Source: an uncultured Verrucomicrobiae bacterium
GTDB lineage: Bacteria > Verrucomicrobiota > Verrucomicrobiia > Chthoniobacterales > JAATET01
Direction of reading: 5' to 3'
Length of the DNA stretch: 64,000 bases
Assembly: GCA_963719495.1 (NCBI GenBank)
Contig: CAVRCI010000015.1
Span: 114,948 to 178,947, forward strand
Shown: piece after piece, positions 20,683 to 30,857 of the stretch
Layout of the letters: each line of letters opens with the position of its first letter
Numbering within the stretch: position 1 is the first letter of the stretch
The notes under the pieces: model-generated
Databases searched by the model: none
Seen by the model: only the letters and a program-made list of their open reading frames with translations
What the model was told of the DNA's origin: nothing
Position numbers and translations under genes: made by a program

Positions 20683-21858
20683 GTGGGCGGGTTCGCTTAT
20701 TTGTTCGAACGGTTTCCGGCGTTTTCGCAGACGTTTTGTTTTCGAGAGGTCGCGGAGATGCGGCGGCAGGGCGTGGAATGTCTGGTGTCTTCGATTCGCG
20801 ATCCGGATGGGCAGACGCGGCAGGATTTCCCGGAGGAATTGACCGGACTGACCCGGTATCTGCCAGGTTCGTTCGACGAGCGGATTCGGACGGATGGGCG
20901 GTTTCGGCGGGCGGCTCGAAAGGGGCAGGCAGAGATGGAGCGGGATTGGGGCGACGTCTCGGAGAAGCGGCGGATCTACGAGGCGCTTTGGCTTGCGGAG
21001 GAATGGAAGGCGCGGAAGGTGAAGCACGTTCACGCGCACTTTGCCGGGATGGCGGCGCGGACCGCGTTTTGGCTGAAGCGGTTGGCGGGGATTTCGTATT
21101 CGTTCACCGCGCACGCGGATGACGTGTTCTGCGAGCGGGCGGAATCGCACCTGGCGGACCTGGTCGACGGGGCGGATTGGATCGCGACGGAGACGGATTT
21201 CAGCGCGCGATTTCTGCGCGAGAGATTTCCGAGCGCGGCGGGGAAGGTGCATCGAGTCTTTAATGGCATCGAATTGAAGCCAGAGCGGCGGGCGGCGGTC
21301 GCTGGTGACGAGCGACCGTTGATTCTCTCGATCGGGCGATACATCGAGAAGAAGGGGTTCGGCGATTTGATTGCGGCTTGCGAGCGGTTGGGCGAGCGGG
21401 ATTTCGAGTGTCAGATTGTCGGGCAGGGGCCGATGGAGGGGGAATTGCAGAGGCAAATCGACGCGACGGAATTGGGGGAGCGGGTTCGGTTGACGGGGCC
21501 GAAGAGTCAGAGCGAGATCGACGAGTTGCTGAGCCGGTCGGCGGTGTTTGTGCTGGCTTGCCGGAACGCGGCGGATGGGGGGAGTGATAATCTGCCCACG
21601 GTCATCATGGAGGCGATGGCGGCGGGGGTGCCGGTCGTGTCGACGCGGGTCGCGGGAGTGCCGGAGATGGTCGACGATGGGGTGACGGGGTGGTTGTTGG
21701 ATGAAGGGGACGTCGACGGAATCGCGGAGCGGGTGGGATTGCTTCTGGGCGACCGGGATGCGGCGCGGCGGATGGGCGAGGCGGCGCGGGTGGCTTGCGA
21801 GGCGCGGTTTTCGGTTGGGCGGACGGTAGGGGTGTTGCGGGGTTTGCTGGGGGTTTGA
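20683..21858 (+). CDS. Glycosyltransferase family 4
   Basis: RFPAFSQTF, HVHAHF, GRYIEKKG, DNLPTVIMEAMAAG; GTG start re-picked. Confidence 0.88.
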   Translation: MGGFAYLFERFPAFSQTFCFREVAEMRRQGVECLVSSIRDPDGQTRQDFPEELTGLTRYLPGSFDERIRTDGRFRRAARKGQAEMERDWGDVSEKRRIYEALWLAEEWKARKVKHVHAHFAGMAARTAFWLKRLAGISYSFTAHADDVFCERAESHLADLVDGADWIATETDFSARFLRERFPSAAGKVHRVFNGIELKPERRAAVAGDERPLILSIGRYIEKKGFGDLIAACERLGERDFECQIVGQGPMEGELQRQIDATELGERVRLTGPKSQSEIDELLSRSAVFVLACRNAADGGSDNLPTVIMEAMAAGVPVVSTRVAGVPEMVDDGVTGWLLDEGDVDGIAERVGLLLGDRDAARRMGEAARVACEARFSVGRTVGVLRGLLGV

Positions 21859-21873
21859 GCGGGAAAGTTCGAA

Positions 21874-21919
21874 CGCTTCGCGCTTTTGGTTTGGTGATCG
21901 GCTGGAAGCCGATTCCACG
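21874..21919. repeat. REP-like element family D
   Basis: cgcttcgcgc...gatcggctggaagccgattccacg between convergent genes. Confidence 0.8.
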
Positions 21920-21921
21920 TC

Positions 21922-22845
21922 CTAGCTGACGCAGCGGAAGCTGAGGTGGCCGGCGGAGGTGTCGGGTGTGTTGGACGTGCGGGCGGAGCAGCGGTAGCGG
22001 TTGCAGTAGCTGGCGTGGCAGAGGTAGCTGCCGCCGCGCATGGCTCGGCGGTCTTCGTGGGGCGGGTTGTGGAAATGGTCGGCGGTCCATTCCCAGGTGT
22101 TGCCGGTGACGTTGTGGAGGCCGTAGCCGTTGGGTTTGAACGAGCGGGCGGGGGCGGTGCCGCGGTAGCCGTCCTCGCCGGTGTCGGTCTTCGGGAACTC
22201 GCCCTGCCAGATGTTGCAGCGGTGTTTGCCGCCGGGGTGAAGGTCGTCGCCCCACGGGTAAAGCTGCTGCTCGAGGCCGCCGCGGGCGGCGTATTCCCAC
22301 TCGATCTCGGTCGGGAGGCGCTTGCCGGACCAGGCGGCGAAGGCCGTGGCATCGTTCCAAGTGACGTGGACGACGGGATGGTCGAGGCGCTGGAGGCGCT
22401 CGACGTCGTCGTTGCCGCCGAGGGGGGTGCGCCAGAACGCGCCGGGAACGCCAAACCACCATTCGAGTCCGGCGACGCGGCGGTCGGCGAGTTTTTTTCG
22501 CTGCGACTTGGGGATCTGACTGTGGTGAACGAAGGACCAACCGAAGCGCTCGGTCTCGGTGACGAAGCCGGTGGCGTCGACGAAGGTGGCGAAGGCGCGG
22601 TTGGTGACGGCGGTCTCGTCGATCCAGAAGGGGGCGACTTCGACGGGGCGGACGGGGCCTTCGCGGTCGGCGGGCCAGGTTTCGGGGCCTTCGGCTCCCA
22701 TGAGGAAGGAGGCGGCGGGGAGGGGCCGCATGGCGGCATGATTGGTGATTGGTGATTGGTGATTGGTGGGTGAGGCCGGCGGGGGTTGGTTGGGGGATTC
22801 GGTCGCAGGTGGGCGGGTGGGGGTGCAGCAGGTGGGGGTGGTCAT
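21922..22845 (-). CDS. Formylglycine-generating enzyme (SUMF1-type, catalytic Cys present)
   Basis: HPVVHVTWNDA, RLPTEIEWEYAARGG, RGGSYLCHASYCNRYRCSAR. Confidence 0.9.
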   Translation of the reverse strand: MTTPTCCTPTRPPATESPNQPPPASPTNHQSPITNHAAMRPLPAASFLMGAEGPETWPADREGPVRPVEVAPFWIDETAVTNRAFATFVDATGFVTETERFGWSFVHHSQIPKSQRKKLADRRVAGLEWWFGVPGAFWRTPLGGNDDVERLQRLDHPVVHVTWNDATAFAAWSGKRLPTEIEWEYAARGGLEQQLYPWGDDLHPGGKHRCNIWQGEFPKTDTGEDGYRGTAPARSFKPNGYGLHNVTGNTWEWTADHFHNPPHEDRRAMRGGSYLCHASYCNRYRCSARTSNTPDTSAGHLSFRCVS

Positions 22846-22896
22846 CGCGACGGGGCTGATCTTTGCCAATGGAGCGGGCGGATGCAAATCGGCGTT

Positions 22897-24483
22897 TTAG
22901 ACGGTCAGTTCGGAATCGTCAGCGGCGGCTGCTGCCGCTTCGGGGGTGCGGCGGCAGTGGTGGGCGGCGACGAGGGTGACGAGGCTGATGGCGGTGATGG
23001 CCGCGAGGTCCCAGCCAGGCGGGATCGTGGCGCGGCCGCCGTATTGGCCGAGCCAACTGATGGTGAAAGTCGCGGTGAAAAACGGGAGGAGCCAGGCGGT
23101 GGAGCGCCATGCCATGCCGGTGCGGGAGGCGCGGGGGTTGCGGGCCATGACGACGAGGAGGATGAAGGCGCCCGCAACGAGGATGGCGAGGATGGAGTTG
23201 GTCCGCCAGCCGGCCCAGTAGACGACGAAGTTGCTGAGGACGAATGACACGACAGCGATGGTCCGGCCCGCGGGGAGGCGGAAGGAGCGGGGGCGGTTGG
23301 GGAATTGCCGGCGGAAGGCGAGGAGTCCCATGGGGCCGAAGCCCAGGGACAGCACAATGGCGCTGGAGATCATTCCCATGAGGCTTTGCCAGCCGGGGAA
23401 GGGGAGGAGGAGAGCGATGCCGAGAACGAAGTTCAGCCAGATGCCGCGACCGGGCACGCCGTGGCGATTGAGACTAATGAGAAAGGCGGGGAAGGTCCCG
23501 TTGCGGGCCATGGCGCGTCCGACGCGGGCGGCGACGCCGGTGTAGATGAGTGCGGTGCCGCCGGGTGAGATGAGGGCGTCGATGAGGAGGACGGTTGCGA
23601 GCCAGCCGAGGCCGAGCTGAAGCGCGATGCTGGCGATGGGGCCGGCGTCGGTGTTGGCGGCGAGGGCGGACCAGCCGCCTTCGAGATCCGTGCGAGCGAG
23701 GGCGCCGACGAAGGACAGGTCGAGCAGGAGGTAGAGGACCATGCAGAAGAGGAGGCTGCCGATCATGGCGAGCGGGATGTCGCGACCGGGTCGGCGGACC
23801 TCTCCGGCGAGCTCGAGGACGCTGCGGAACCCGAGGTAGGCGACGACGCAACCGCCGCTGGCGACCGCGCCGAGGACGCCGTCGATACCTCCGGGTGCGA
23901 AGCCGCCGAAGTCGGTGAAATTTCCAAGGTCGAACCGCGTGAGCGCCAGTGCGCCGATGGTGACGGCGGGGACGGCGAGCTTCCAGACGGCGAGGGGGAC
24001 GTTGAGTTTGGCGACCAGTTCGATGCCGCGGAGGTTGAGGACGACGAGGGCGAGGAGGAGCGGAATGGCGACCGTGAGACCGGCGAGGGAGAGTTCTTTT
24101 TCGCCGTGCGCGGTGACGGTGAGCCACGGGAAAATGTCGGCCGAGTATTCGATGAGGGCGGTGACTTCGAGCGGGGCGATGGCGACGTAGGCGATCCAGT
24201 TGAGGAAGCCCATGATGAAGGCGGTGACGCCGCCGTGGGAAATATTCGGCAGCCGGGCGGAGCCTCCGGTGAGTGGAAACAGGCTGGCGATTTCGGCGAA
24301 GACCAGGCCGATGAGCAGGATGATCGCGCCGCCGATGACGACGGAGAAGACACCCGCCGGACCGGCTATTTGCGAAGTGTAGAGCGCGGCGAAGAGCCAG
24401 CTCGAGCCGACCATCGACGAGATGGCGATGAGGATGAGTTGGAGCGTTCCGATGGAACGAATCGGCCCGGTCGGGGCGCTCAC
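22897..24483 (-). CDS. APC family amino acid permease
   Basis: SMVGSSWLF, GGSARLP.ISHG, YLGFR..LELAGE; GTG start overlaps upstream stop (GTGA). Confidence 0.88.
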   Translation of the reverse strand: MSAPTGPIRSIGTLQLILIAISSMVGSSWLFAALYTSQIAGPAGVFSVVIGGAIILLIGLVFAEIASLFPLTGGSARLPNISHGGVTAFIMGFLNWIAYVAIAPLEVTALIEYSADIFPWLTVTAHGEKELSLAGLTVAIPLLLALVVLNLRGIELVAKLNVPLAVWKLAVPAVTIGALALTRFDLGNFTDFGGFAPGGIDGVLGAVASGGCVVAYLGFRSVLELAGEVRRPGRDIPLAMIGSLLFCMVLYLLLDLSFVGALARTDLEGGWSALAANTDAGPIASIALQLGLGWLATVLLIDALISPGGTALIYTGVAARVGRAMARNGTFPAFLISLNRHGVPGRGIWLNFVLGIALLLPFPGWQSLMGMISSAIVLSLGFGPMGLLAFRRQFPNRPRSFRLPAGRTIAVVSFVLSNFVVYWAGWRTNSILAILVAGAFILLVVMARNPRASRTGMAWRSTAWLLPFFTATFTISWLGQYGGRATIPPGWDLAAITAISLVTLVAAHHCRRTPEAAAAAADDSELTV

Positions 24484-25667
24484 TCGGGGAAGTAGGTGAT
24501 GGTCGAGCCAACCCAGGAGTCCGAGCCGCGGACTTCGTTGCTCATGTCGCCGGCGAAGACGCGGGGCTTGATGCTGACGACGGTCGGGGATTCGTCGTGG
24601 TCGGGCCAGAGCAGCATCACGCGGGCCTCGATCTTGCGGGGTCCGGCGGGTGTTTGGAACGCGGTGGCGAATTCTATCCGGCGCTGGAGTAGCGTGTCTT
24701 CGGGACTCCGAATCGCCGCGAGGTCCGCCGGGGTAGGGTGGATGATGACGCCCTGGCTGCTGTGGCCGAAGGTCGGCTTGAGGATCCAATGATCGAGATC
24801 GGTCGGGCCGCCGTCGGCAAAGTCCGAGAGTCGGCGCGTCTCGGGAACGTAGGGCGACCCGAGGAGCGGCATGGCGACTTTGCTGATGCGGTAGAACCAG
24901 TCGGGGTGATCGGCCCATTCGACGTCGAGGTCGTCGGTGAACGCGAACTCGAGCGTCGCGCCCCGCTCGGCGATGTCCTCGGGCACGCAGCGGTTGTAGA
25001 GCCGGTGGATGGGGATTTCGTTGCCGTCGCGGAGGTAGAACAATTTCCGCCCGCGCTGGCGGACTTCGTCGATGGGGACGAGCGGGATGCCGAGGAGGCG
25101 GCAGGTTGCGAGTTGGTCGATGTAGCCGCCCTGTTGTTCCGGGGCGATTTCGGTGAGGACGACGTTTTCGGGACGATGATCGCCGAGGACGGTGCGGGCG
25201 AAGAGAGTCTCGGCGGAGTGGCGGTCGACGCCGGGCGGGTAGGCGGTTTGGCCCGCCGGGATGGGAAGGTGGCGGCGGTAGAAATCGTCGAACAGGAGGG
25301 CGAGCGCGTTGATCGACGGGCCGCCTTGCAGCTCGATGAGCGAGAGGGAGAAGGCCCCGTCGGCGCTGGTCGTCACGGCGTAGTCGAAGACCGTGAAGGT
25401 CGGGTGGCGGGTCGGCTGGGGGGCGTGAAATTCCGGCGGGATGGAGCTTTCCGTTTTCGCCAAAAATTCCGGTCCGCGCATTTGCGCGGACAGATCGAGG
25501 GTGGTGTCGATGGCGAGGCGGCTGAGCTCGCGCGAGAAGAACACGGGTGCGGGGAGCAGGCGGGCGGGCGGCTCGATACCGGTGTAGTCGCGAAAATCCG
25601 AGATGATGGCGGCGAAGGACTCCGGCGTGGCGGCCGCGATGAGTTGCTGCTGGAGGTTGTCGTTCAT
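24480..25667 (-). CDS. ATP-grasp-like (glutathionylspermidine synthase / circularly permuted type) ligase
   Basis: FDYAV...LIELQGGPS, IHRLYNR, HPDWFYRISK, ILKPTFGHSSQGV, LLQRRIEF. Confidence 0.65.
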   Translation of the reverse strand: MNDNLQQQLIAAATPESFAAIISDFRDYTGIEPPARLLPAPVFFSRELSRLAIDTTLDLSAQMRGPEFLAKTESSIPPEFHAPQPTRHPTFTVFDYAVTTSADGAFSLSLIELQGGPSINALALLFDDFYRRHLPIPAGQTAYPPGVDRHSAETLFARTVLGDHRPENVVLTEIAPEQQGGYIDQLATCRLLGIPLVPIDEVRQRGRKLFYLRDGNEIPIHRLYNRCVPEDIAERGATLEFAFTDDLDVEWADHPDWFYRISKVAMPLLGSPYVPETRRLSDFADGGPTDLDHWILKPTFGHSSQGVIIHPTPADLAAIRSPEDTLLQRRIEFATAFQTPAGPRKIEARVMLLWPDHDESPTVVSIKPRVFAGDMSNEVRGSDSWVGSTITYFPE

Positions 25668-25675
25668 GGCGGGGA

Positions 25676-26797
25676 TCAGTCGGCGAGGTCGGCGTTTGTC
25701 CGGGCGTGGATGTCGCGGGTGACTTCGTGGAAATCGATGGTCTTGTCGTAGATGTCGACCTGGCGATCCGCGCCGGTGCCGCGTCCCTTGCGGATGAAAT
25801 CGTGGACGTATTCGACGTGTTCGCGGGAGCCGAGTCCGTCGACGACGTCGTCGATGTAGGCGAACATTCGCTCGATGAGGTCGACCGTTTTCACCTCTTC
25901 GAGAGTCTCGAGATCGATCATCGTGCCGTGGACGCCGTCGATGGAGGCTCGCCAGCGATTTTCTTCGCCGTAGGCGCGGCGGCGCGGCGGCGAGATGGGG
26001 TGTCCGGCTTTGATGTCGCGGTCGAGAGTGGCGACGAGGGCTTGGATGACGGCGGCCAGCCCGATGGTGTCGCGCCAGTGGGTCTGCGCGTCGCAGATGC
26101 GGAATTCGATCGTGGGGAAAAACGGATGAATCCGGATGTCCCAGTAGGTGTTCTTGGCGTCGGCGATGCTGCCGACGCGGACGAGGGTTTCGATGAAGTC
26201 GTTGTATTCCTCAAGGGTATCGAAGTGGTGCGGCAGGCCGGTGCGGGGGATTTGGAGAAATAGCTCGGATCGGAAGGAGCGGAAACCGGTGTCCTGCCGG
26301 TCGTAGAACGGGGAGTTCGACGAGAGCGCGAGCAGGAGCGGGATGAATTGGTAGCACCCGTTGGCGATCTGGAGGCCGACGTGACGGTCCGGCATGGAGA
26401 CGTGGACGTGGAGGCCGAAGATGACGCAGCTCCGAATGGCGTGGCGAAATTTTCGCAACATCTGGCTGTGCCGGTCGTCCTCGACGACGCCCTGTCTGCG
26501 CCAATCGGCGAAGGGGTGCGTGCCGCTGGAAGCGATGCCGAGATCCTTGCGGGCGAGCAATTCCGCGAGTTGCTTCCGCGAACTCCGTACGCTGTCCGTC
26601 GCGTCGTGGATGTTGGCGAGGACGTCGGAGGTGAGTTCGACCGTCGAGAGATTCATCTCGCGGTGGAGGTGGTCGTGGAATTCCTTGAGGCCGGTGCGGA
26701 GGAGCGGGGCGGGGACGGGTTTGAGGGCCATCGTCTTGAGGTCGACGACCGGGAATTCCTCTTCGATGCCGATGGTGTAGGGGTTGGGTTCGCTCAT
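25676..26797 (-). CDS. YbdK/GCS2-family carboxylate-amine ligase
   Basis: TIGIEEEF, GTHPF, FGLHVHV, LALSSNSPF, YWDIR..TIEFRICD; start MSEPNPY. Confidence 0.9.
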   Translation of the reverse strand: MSEPNPYTIGIEEEFPVVDLKTMALKPVPAPLLRTGLKEFHDHLHREMNLSTVELTSDVLANIHDATDSVRSSRKQLAELLARKDLGIASSGTHPFADWRRQGVVEDDRHSQMLRKFRHAIRSCVIFGLHVHVSMPDRHVGLQIANGCYQFIPLLLALSSNSPFYDRQDTGFRSFRSELFLQIPRTGLPHHFDTLEEYNDFIETLVRVGSIADAKNTYWDIRIHPFFPTIEFRICDAQTHWRDTIGLAAVIQALVATLDRDIKAGHPISPPRRRAYGEENRWRASIDGVHGTMIDLETLEEVKTVDLIERMFAYIDDVVDGLGSREHVEYVHDFIRKGRGTGADRQVDIYDKTIDFHEVTRDIHARTNADLAD

Positions 26798-26814
26798 GGG
26801 ATGATGGGAGGAGG

Positions 26815-28185
26815 TTAAGTGGTGTCGATGCGCTGGGGGATCAAAAACGAGACGCCGAGCATGAGGATGGCTGCGGCGAGGCCAACGAGGAAGGCGTTGG
26901 TGACGGATGCGGCGTGGACGGCGCCGTGGGCTCCCGGGCCGGACCCGAGCCAGATGCCCATGATGGCGACCCCGACCGACGAGCCGATGTTGCGGGCGAA
27001 GAGGAGCGCGGACGTGCCCGCGCCGAGCGTGGTTTTCGGAATCGCGCTTTGGCAGCCGATGACCAGTGGCGGCAGGCAGAAGGCTCCGCAGAGTCCGATG
27101 GCCGCGGCCCCTCCGGCCATCCAGATGAAACCCTGGTTGAGGCCGGGCGTCAGAAACATCAAAAACCCGATGACGCACCCGGTCGCGCCGATCCACGTGG
27201 TGGTGCGAAAGCCCCAGCGGAGCGCGAGGAACGATGAGGCGGACGACAGACCGACCCACACGATGCCGAGTGGCGTGAGGAGGTGGGCGGCCTGCTGGGT
27301 GCTGAATCCGGAAACGTGGCGCGCGTAGAGTGGCAGGTAGGCGACGGCTCCGTAGACGGCGACGCCGGTGAGGGCGATCACAAGATTCGACGCGGTGAAA
27401 AAGCGGATTCGGAACAACTCGAGCGGGACGAGCGGATCGGAGGCGCGGCGTTCGACGGCGAGGAAAATCCAGAGCAGCGCGGCGATTCCCGCAACGGCGG
27501 CGGCGAGGATCAGGGGATGATCGAGCAGGTATTGAAGTTGGCCGACGGCGACGAGGACACAGGCGAGCAGAGGCGCGAAGAGGGCGAGGCCGCGCAAATC
27601 CAGCGCCCGGACTTCGTTGGAGCGTTCGTGCCGGGGGACGGAAATCATGAGGAGGGCGAAGCAAAGGGCGAGGCCGGGCAGCGTGACGAAGAAACACCAG
27701 CGCCACGAAAGGGTGTGGACGAGGAAGGCGCCGAGGGCGGGACCGACGACGCTGGCGAGGCCGTTGGAGACGACGATGAGGGCCTGGACTTTGGGGCGTT
27801 TTTCCAGCGGCCAAAGATCGGCCATGATGATGGAGCCGAGCGCGGTGAACGCGCCGCCGAAGATCCCCTCGACAAACCGCCACCCGACGAGCATCGGCAG
27901 GCTGGTCGAAAATCCCGCGCCCGCCGTGGCCGCGGCGAAGCCGATGATCGAGATCGCCACGCAGACGCGGCGCCCGTGGCGGTCCGCGAGTTTCCCCCAG
28001 AGCGGGACGGAGAGAGTCATCGCCGCGGTGTAGGCCGCGAAGATCCAGCTGAACCACTGCACGCCGCCGAGTTCGCGCACGATGGTGGGGGCGGCGGTGC
28101 TGGTGACCGTCAGTTCGAATCCCGACGTGAAGCTGAGGAGGACGGCGCCAGCGGTCGCGGCGTAGCGGAGGTTTCTTCCGGGCAT
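26815..28185 (-). CDS. MFS exporter (DHA2/EmrB-QacA-like)
   Basis: GKLADRHGRR motif A, GPALG, WRWCFF, ERRASDPLVPLELF. Confidence 0.88.
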   Translation of the reverse strand: MPGRNLRYAATAGAVLLSFTSGFELTVTSTAAPTIVRELGGVQWFSWIFAAYTAAMTLSVPLWGKLADRHGRRVCVAISIIGFAAATAGAGFSTSLPMLVGWRFVEGIFGGAFTALGSIIMADLWPLEKRPKVQALIVVSNGLASVVGPALGAFLVHTLSWRWCFFVTLPGLALCFALLMISVPRHERSNEVRALDLRGLALFAPLLACVLVAVGQLQYLLDHPLILAAAVAGIAALLWIFLAVERRASDPLVPLELFRIRFFTASNLVIALTGVAVYGAVAYLPLYARHVSGFSTQQAAHLLTPLGIVWVGLSSASSFLALRWGFRTTTWIGATGCVIGFLMFLTPGLNQGFIWMAGGAAAIGLCGAFCLPPLVIGCQSAIPKTTLGAGTSALLFARNIGSSVGVAIMGIWLGSGPGAHGAVHAASVTNAFLVGLAAAILMLGVSFLIPQRIDTT

Positions 28186-29204
28186 CAGTGGGGCTTGGCG
28201 GCAGTGATCAGCGTGCTGGGGCCGATGGGCATGCCGGTGATGATCGGGTCGGCGAATCCGGCTTCGAGGAGCCAGGTGATCGCCTCGGCGCAGGTCGGCG
28301 TGGTCACCCGGTGGCGGAGGATCACGTCGAGATTGAGGAGTTCTCCTTCCGGCGGTGGGTTGTCGGGACGTTCGCGGAGGATGTCGTGGATGACGACGCG
28401 ACCGCCGGGGGCGAGGGATTCGAAAGCGCGCCGGAGAAGGGTGCGGGACACCTCGGCGGGAACGAAGTGGAGGACGTGGGAGACGAGCGCGAGCGTGTGG
28501 TCGTGACCGAAGTCAACGGTCTTGAAATCCCCATCGACGACGCGGATCCGGTCGGCCACGCCGTAGTCGGTGGCGAGCTTTCGGGCGGCGGTGGCCATCG
28601 CGCCGCGGTCCACGATGGTCCCGGTGAGGTCGGTTCGCTCGCGCGCCATGAGAAACGTGTAGTCGCCCGATCCGGCTCCGAGATCCACGACGCGCTCGTT
28701 GGGGCCGAGCTCGAGAAAGGGGAGGATGATGGGTGCTTTGAGGAGGGCGGCGGAATGGGCGGCGCGGGCGAGGGACTCGGGCGATTCGGCGACTCCGCCA
28801 CTGGGGGCGGGCGTGAAATCGGGCTGGAAAATATCCGGGAAGCGGGGGGCGAGAGCCTGCGCGGCGTGGTTGTGGGCGAGGTTGCCGGTTTGGTCGAGCA
28901 GGCCGCCGGGGATGAGCGCGGCGCGGGAGGCGGGAGTGTTGGCGTAGCGACCGGAGTCGTCGCGGGTGAGGATGGACTCCATGGTGAGCAACTCGAGGAG
29001 ACTGCCGAGCGGCTGGGGGTCGAGGCCGGTGCGCTGGGCGAGTTCCGCGGAGGTGGCGGGTGAGTTTTCCAATTCCGCGCAGAGATTGAGTTTCGCCGCG
29101 GCTTGCAGACACCAGGAGATCCAGTAAGCGGCGGAAAGGGAGCGGATGCGGAGGACCTCCGCGAGGAGTTCCTGGGAGGGAGTTTCCGGGGCCGGGTCGC
29201 TCAC
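28185..29204 (-). CDS. SAM-dependent O-methyltransferase (type 2, with dimerisation domain)
   Basis: N-terminal AAAKL...ELAQRTG wHTH, VVDLGAGSG, VDGDF, SHVLH, LAPGGRVVIHD. Confidence 0.85.
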   Translation of the reverse strand: MSDPAPETPSQELLAEVLRIRSLSAAYWISWCLQAAAKLNLCAELENSPATSAELAQRTGLDPQPLGSLLELLTMESILTRDDSGRYANTPASRAALIPGGLLDQTGNLAHNHAAQALAPRFPDIFQPDFTPAPSGGVAESPESLARAAHSAALLKAPIILPFLELGPNERVVDLGAGSGDYTFLMARERTDLTGTIVDRGAMATAARKLATDYGVADRIRVVDGDFKTVDFGHDHTLALVSHVLHFVPAEVSRTLLRRAFESLAPGGRVVIHDILRERPDNPPPEGELLNLDVILRHRVTTPTCAEAITWLLEAGFADPIITGMPIGPSTLITAAKPH

Positions 29205-30760
29205 GGATCGAGGTAGTGGTCGGGGGCGACGAAGTCGGGCATGGCGAGTCCGAGATGATCCTGGAGCACGTGTTCGGCGGTGTGGAGCGCGCCTTGCACC
29301 CAGCCTTGTTCCTGAGAAAACGCTTCGCCGCAGATGTAGACCGACACGTCGTCGAGGGGCTTGCGGATGCGGGGCATGACTTCCTCGGAGCGCTCGTGGA
29401 CGCGCCACGTGTGCCACGCGCCGCCGTAGGGATCCTGTTCCCAATCCATGTAGAGAGCGGTCGTCGGATCGGGGACGTCGATGCCGTGGATCGAGCGGAT
29501 CTGGCGGCTGGCTTCTTCGGCGAGCGTGGCGGGGACGTCGCGCGGATCAATGAGCCGGATGTCGCCGTCGCGCCGGTAGCGGACGCGGTGCGGAAACGCC
29601 TGCCGCCCGAGGAATCCGGCGAAGAAGTCGACCGATGATCCGTCGTGGTAGCCGGCCATGAGGAGCGAGTGGGTGTTGGTGGGATCGGCTCCGGGTTGCT
29701 CGCCCTCGGTGCCGAAGTAGTAGCACTGGCGGACGGGAAGATCGGTGTCGCTGCGGCCCGAGGTGATCCCGAGTTCGCGCCACCACGGGCGGTCGTAGCC
29801 GAGGAAAATTTTAGCCGCGGGCTGGGGGACGACCGCGCTGAGGTCTTCGAGGAATTGGTCGCTTTCGAAGAGGCAGCAGTCGCCGTCGAGCAGGGCGAGC
29901 GAGCGTTGCGGCAGGGCGAGGATGAGGTGCCGGGCGCGACGTTCGACGAGACCGTCGCGGTCGCGGATTTTGAATTCCATTCGCACGCCGTCGGCTTCCG
30001 GAGCAAATCGGACGAGTCGGTGGTCGAGGTTGATCCTGCCTCCCGTCGCTTCGAATCGGCGACCGAGTTCGCGGGGCAGGGCGTCGAAGCCGTCGACGAG
30101 GGTGAATTCCTCGAGGGCGACCGGGCCGAGGTGATGCGTGGCGAGCGCGATCATGTCGGAGCAATTGATGTTGGCCACCGCGCCGTCGTAGCCGGCGGCG
30201 TCGCGGATGAGGTGGACGGCTTCGACGCTGAGCGAGCGGGCGAGGAGGTCCCAGACGCCGAGGTCGTGAATCGGAATGCCGTCGAGGTGAAAGCCTCCCT
30301 TGGCCTCCTGGAATTCGCGCGGGGTCATCGACAGGCAGCCGGGCGCGATTTTGGTGATGACGTCGCGGAGCAGCGAGCGGGGCACGCGACCGCGTTCGTG
30401 GGGTTCGAGGAAATAAGGGATCTTGTCGGGGTCGGTGAAGTCCGACGCGTGGAATCGATGGCCGCGGAGGTGGCAGAGGTTGTTGTCGTCCCCGAGTGGG
30501 AACGGGCGGGCGGCGAGGCCGAGGGTGTCGACGAGACCGGTGACGAGGGTCTGGTGATTCAGGTAACGCATGCCGCCGACCTCGGCGCGGAGATGCGGCA
30601 TGTTGTCGGGGACGACGGAGTGGAGCCGTCCGCCGACGCGGTTGCTGAGTTCGAACACTTCGGTTCGCCACTCGGGATGGGCTTCGCGAAGTCGCCACGC
30701 GGCGTAAACTCCCGACACTCCCGCGCCGATGATGGCGACGTCCAGATCCTCGTGCGACAT
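29201..30760 (-). CDS. Flavin-dependent amine / L-amino-acid oxidase
   Basis: IIGAGVSG, RVGGRL, EVGGMRY, GEAFSQEQGWVQGAL. Confidence 0.88.
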   Translation of the reverse strand: MSHEDLDVAIIGAGVSGVYAAWRLREAHPEWRTEVFELSNRVGGRLHSVVPDNMPHLRAEVGGMRYLNHQTLVTGLVDTLGLAARPFPLGDDNNLCHLRGHRFHASDFTDPDKIPYFLEPHERGRVPRSLLRDVITKIAPGCLSMTPREFQEAKGGFHLDGIPIHDLGVWDLLARSLSVEAVHLIRDAAGYDGAVANINCSDMIALATHHLGPVALEEFTLVDGFDALPRELGRRFEATGGRINLDHRLVRFAPEADGVRMEFKIRDRDGLVERRARHLILALPQRSLALLDGDCCLFESDQFLEDLSAVVPQPAAKIFLGYDRPWWRELGITSGRSDTDLPVRQCYYFGTEGEQPGADPTNTHSLLMAGYHDGSSVDFFAGFLGRQAFPHRVRYRRDGDIRLIDPRDVPATLAEEASRQIRSIHGIDVPDPTTALYMDWEQDPYGGAWHTWRVHERSEEVMPRIRKPLDDVSVYICGEAFSQEQGWVQGALHTAEHVLQDHLGLAMPDFVAPDHYLDP

Positions 30761-30857
30761 GCTTCGGAGGATGCCGCAGCCGGCGGGGTGGGACAAGGCG
30801 GGAGGCTGGCGATTCGTGATTGGTTGTTGGGAAACGGTGGGAGATGTTGGCGGGCTG

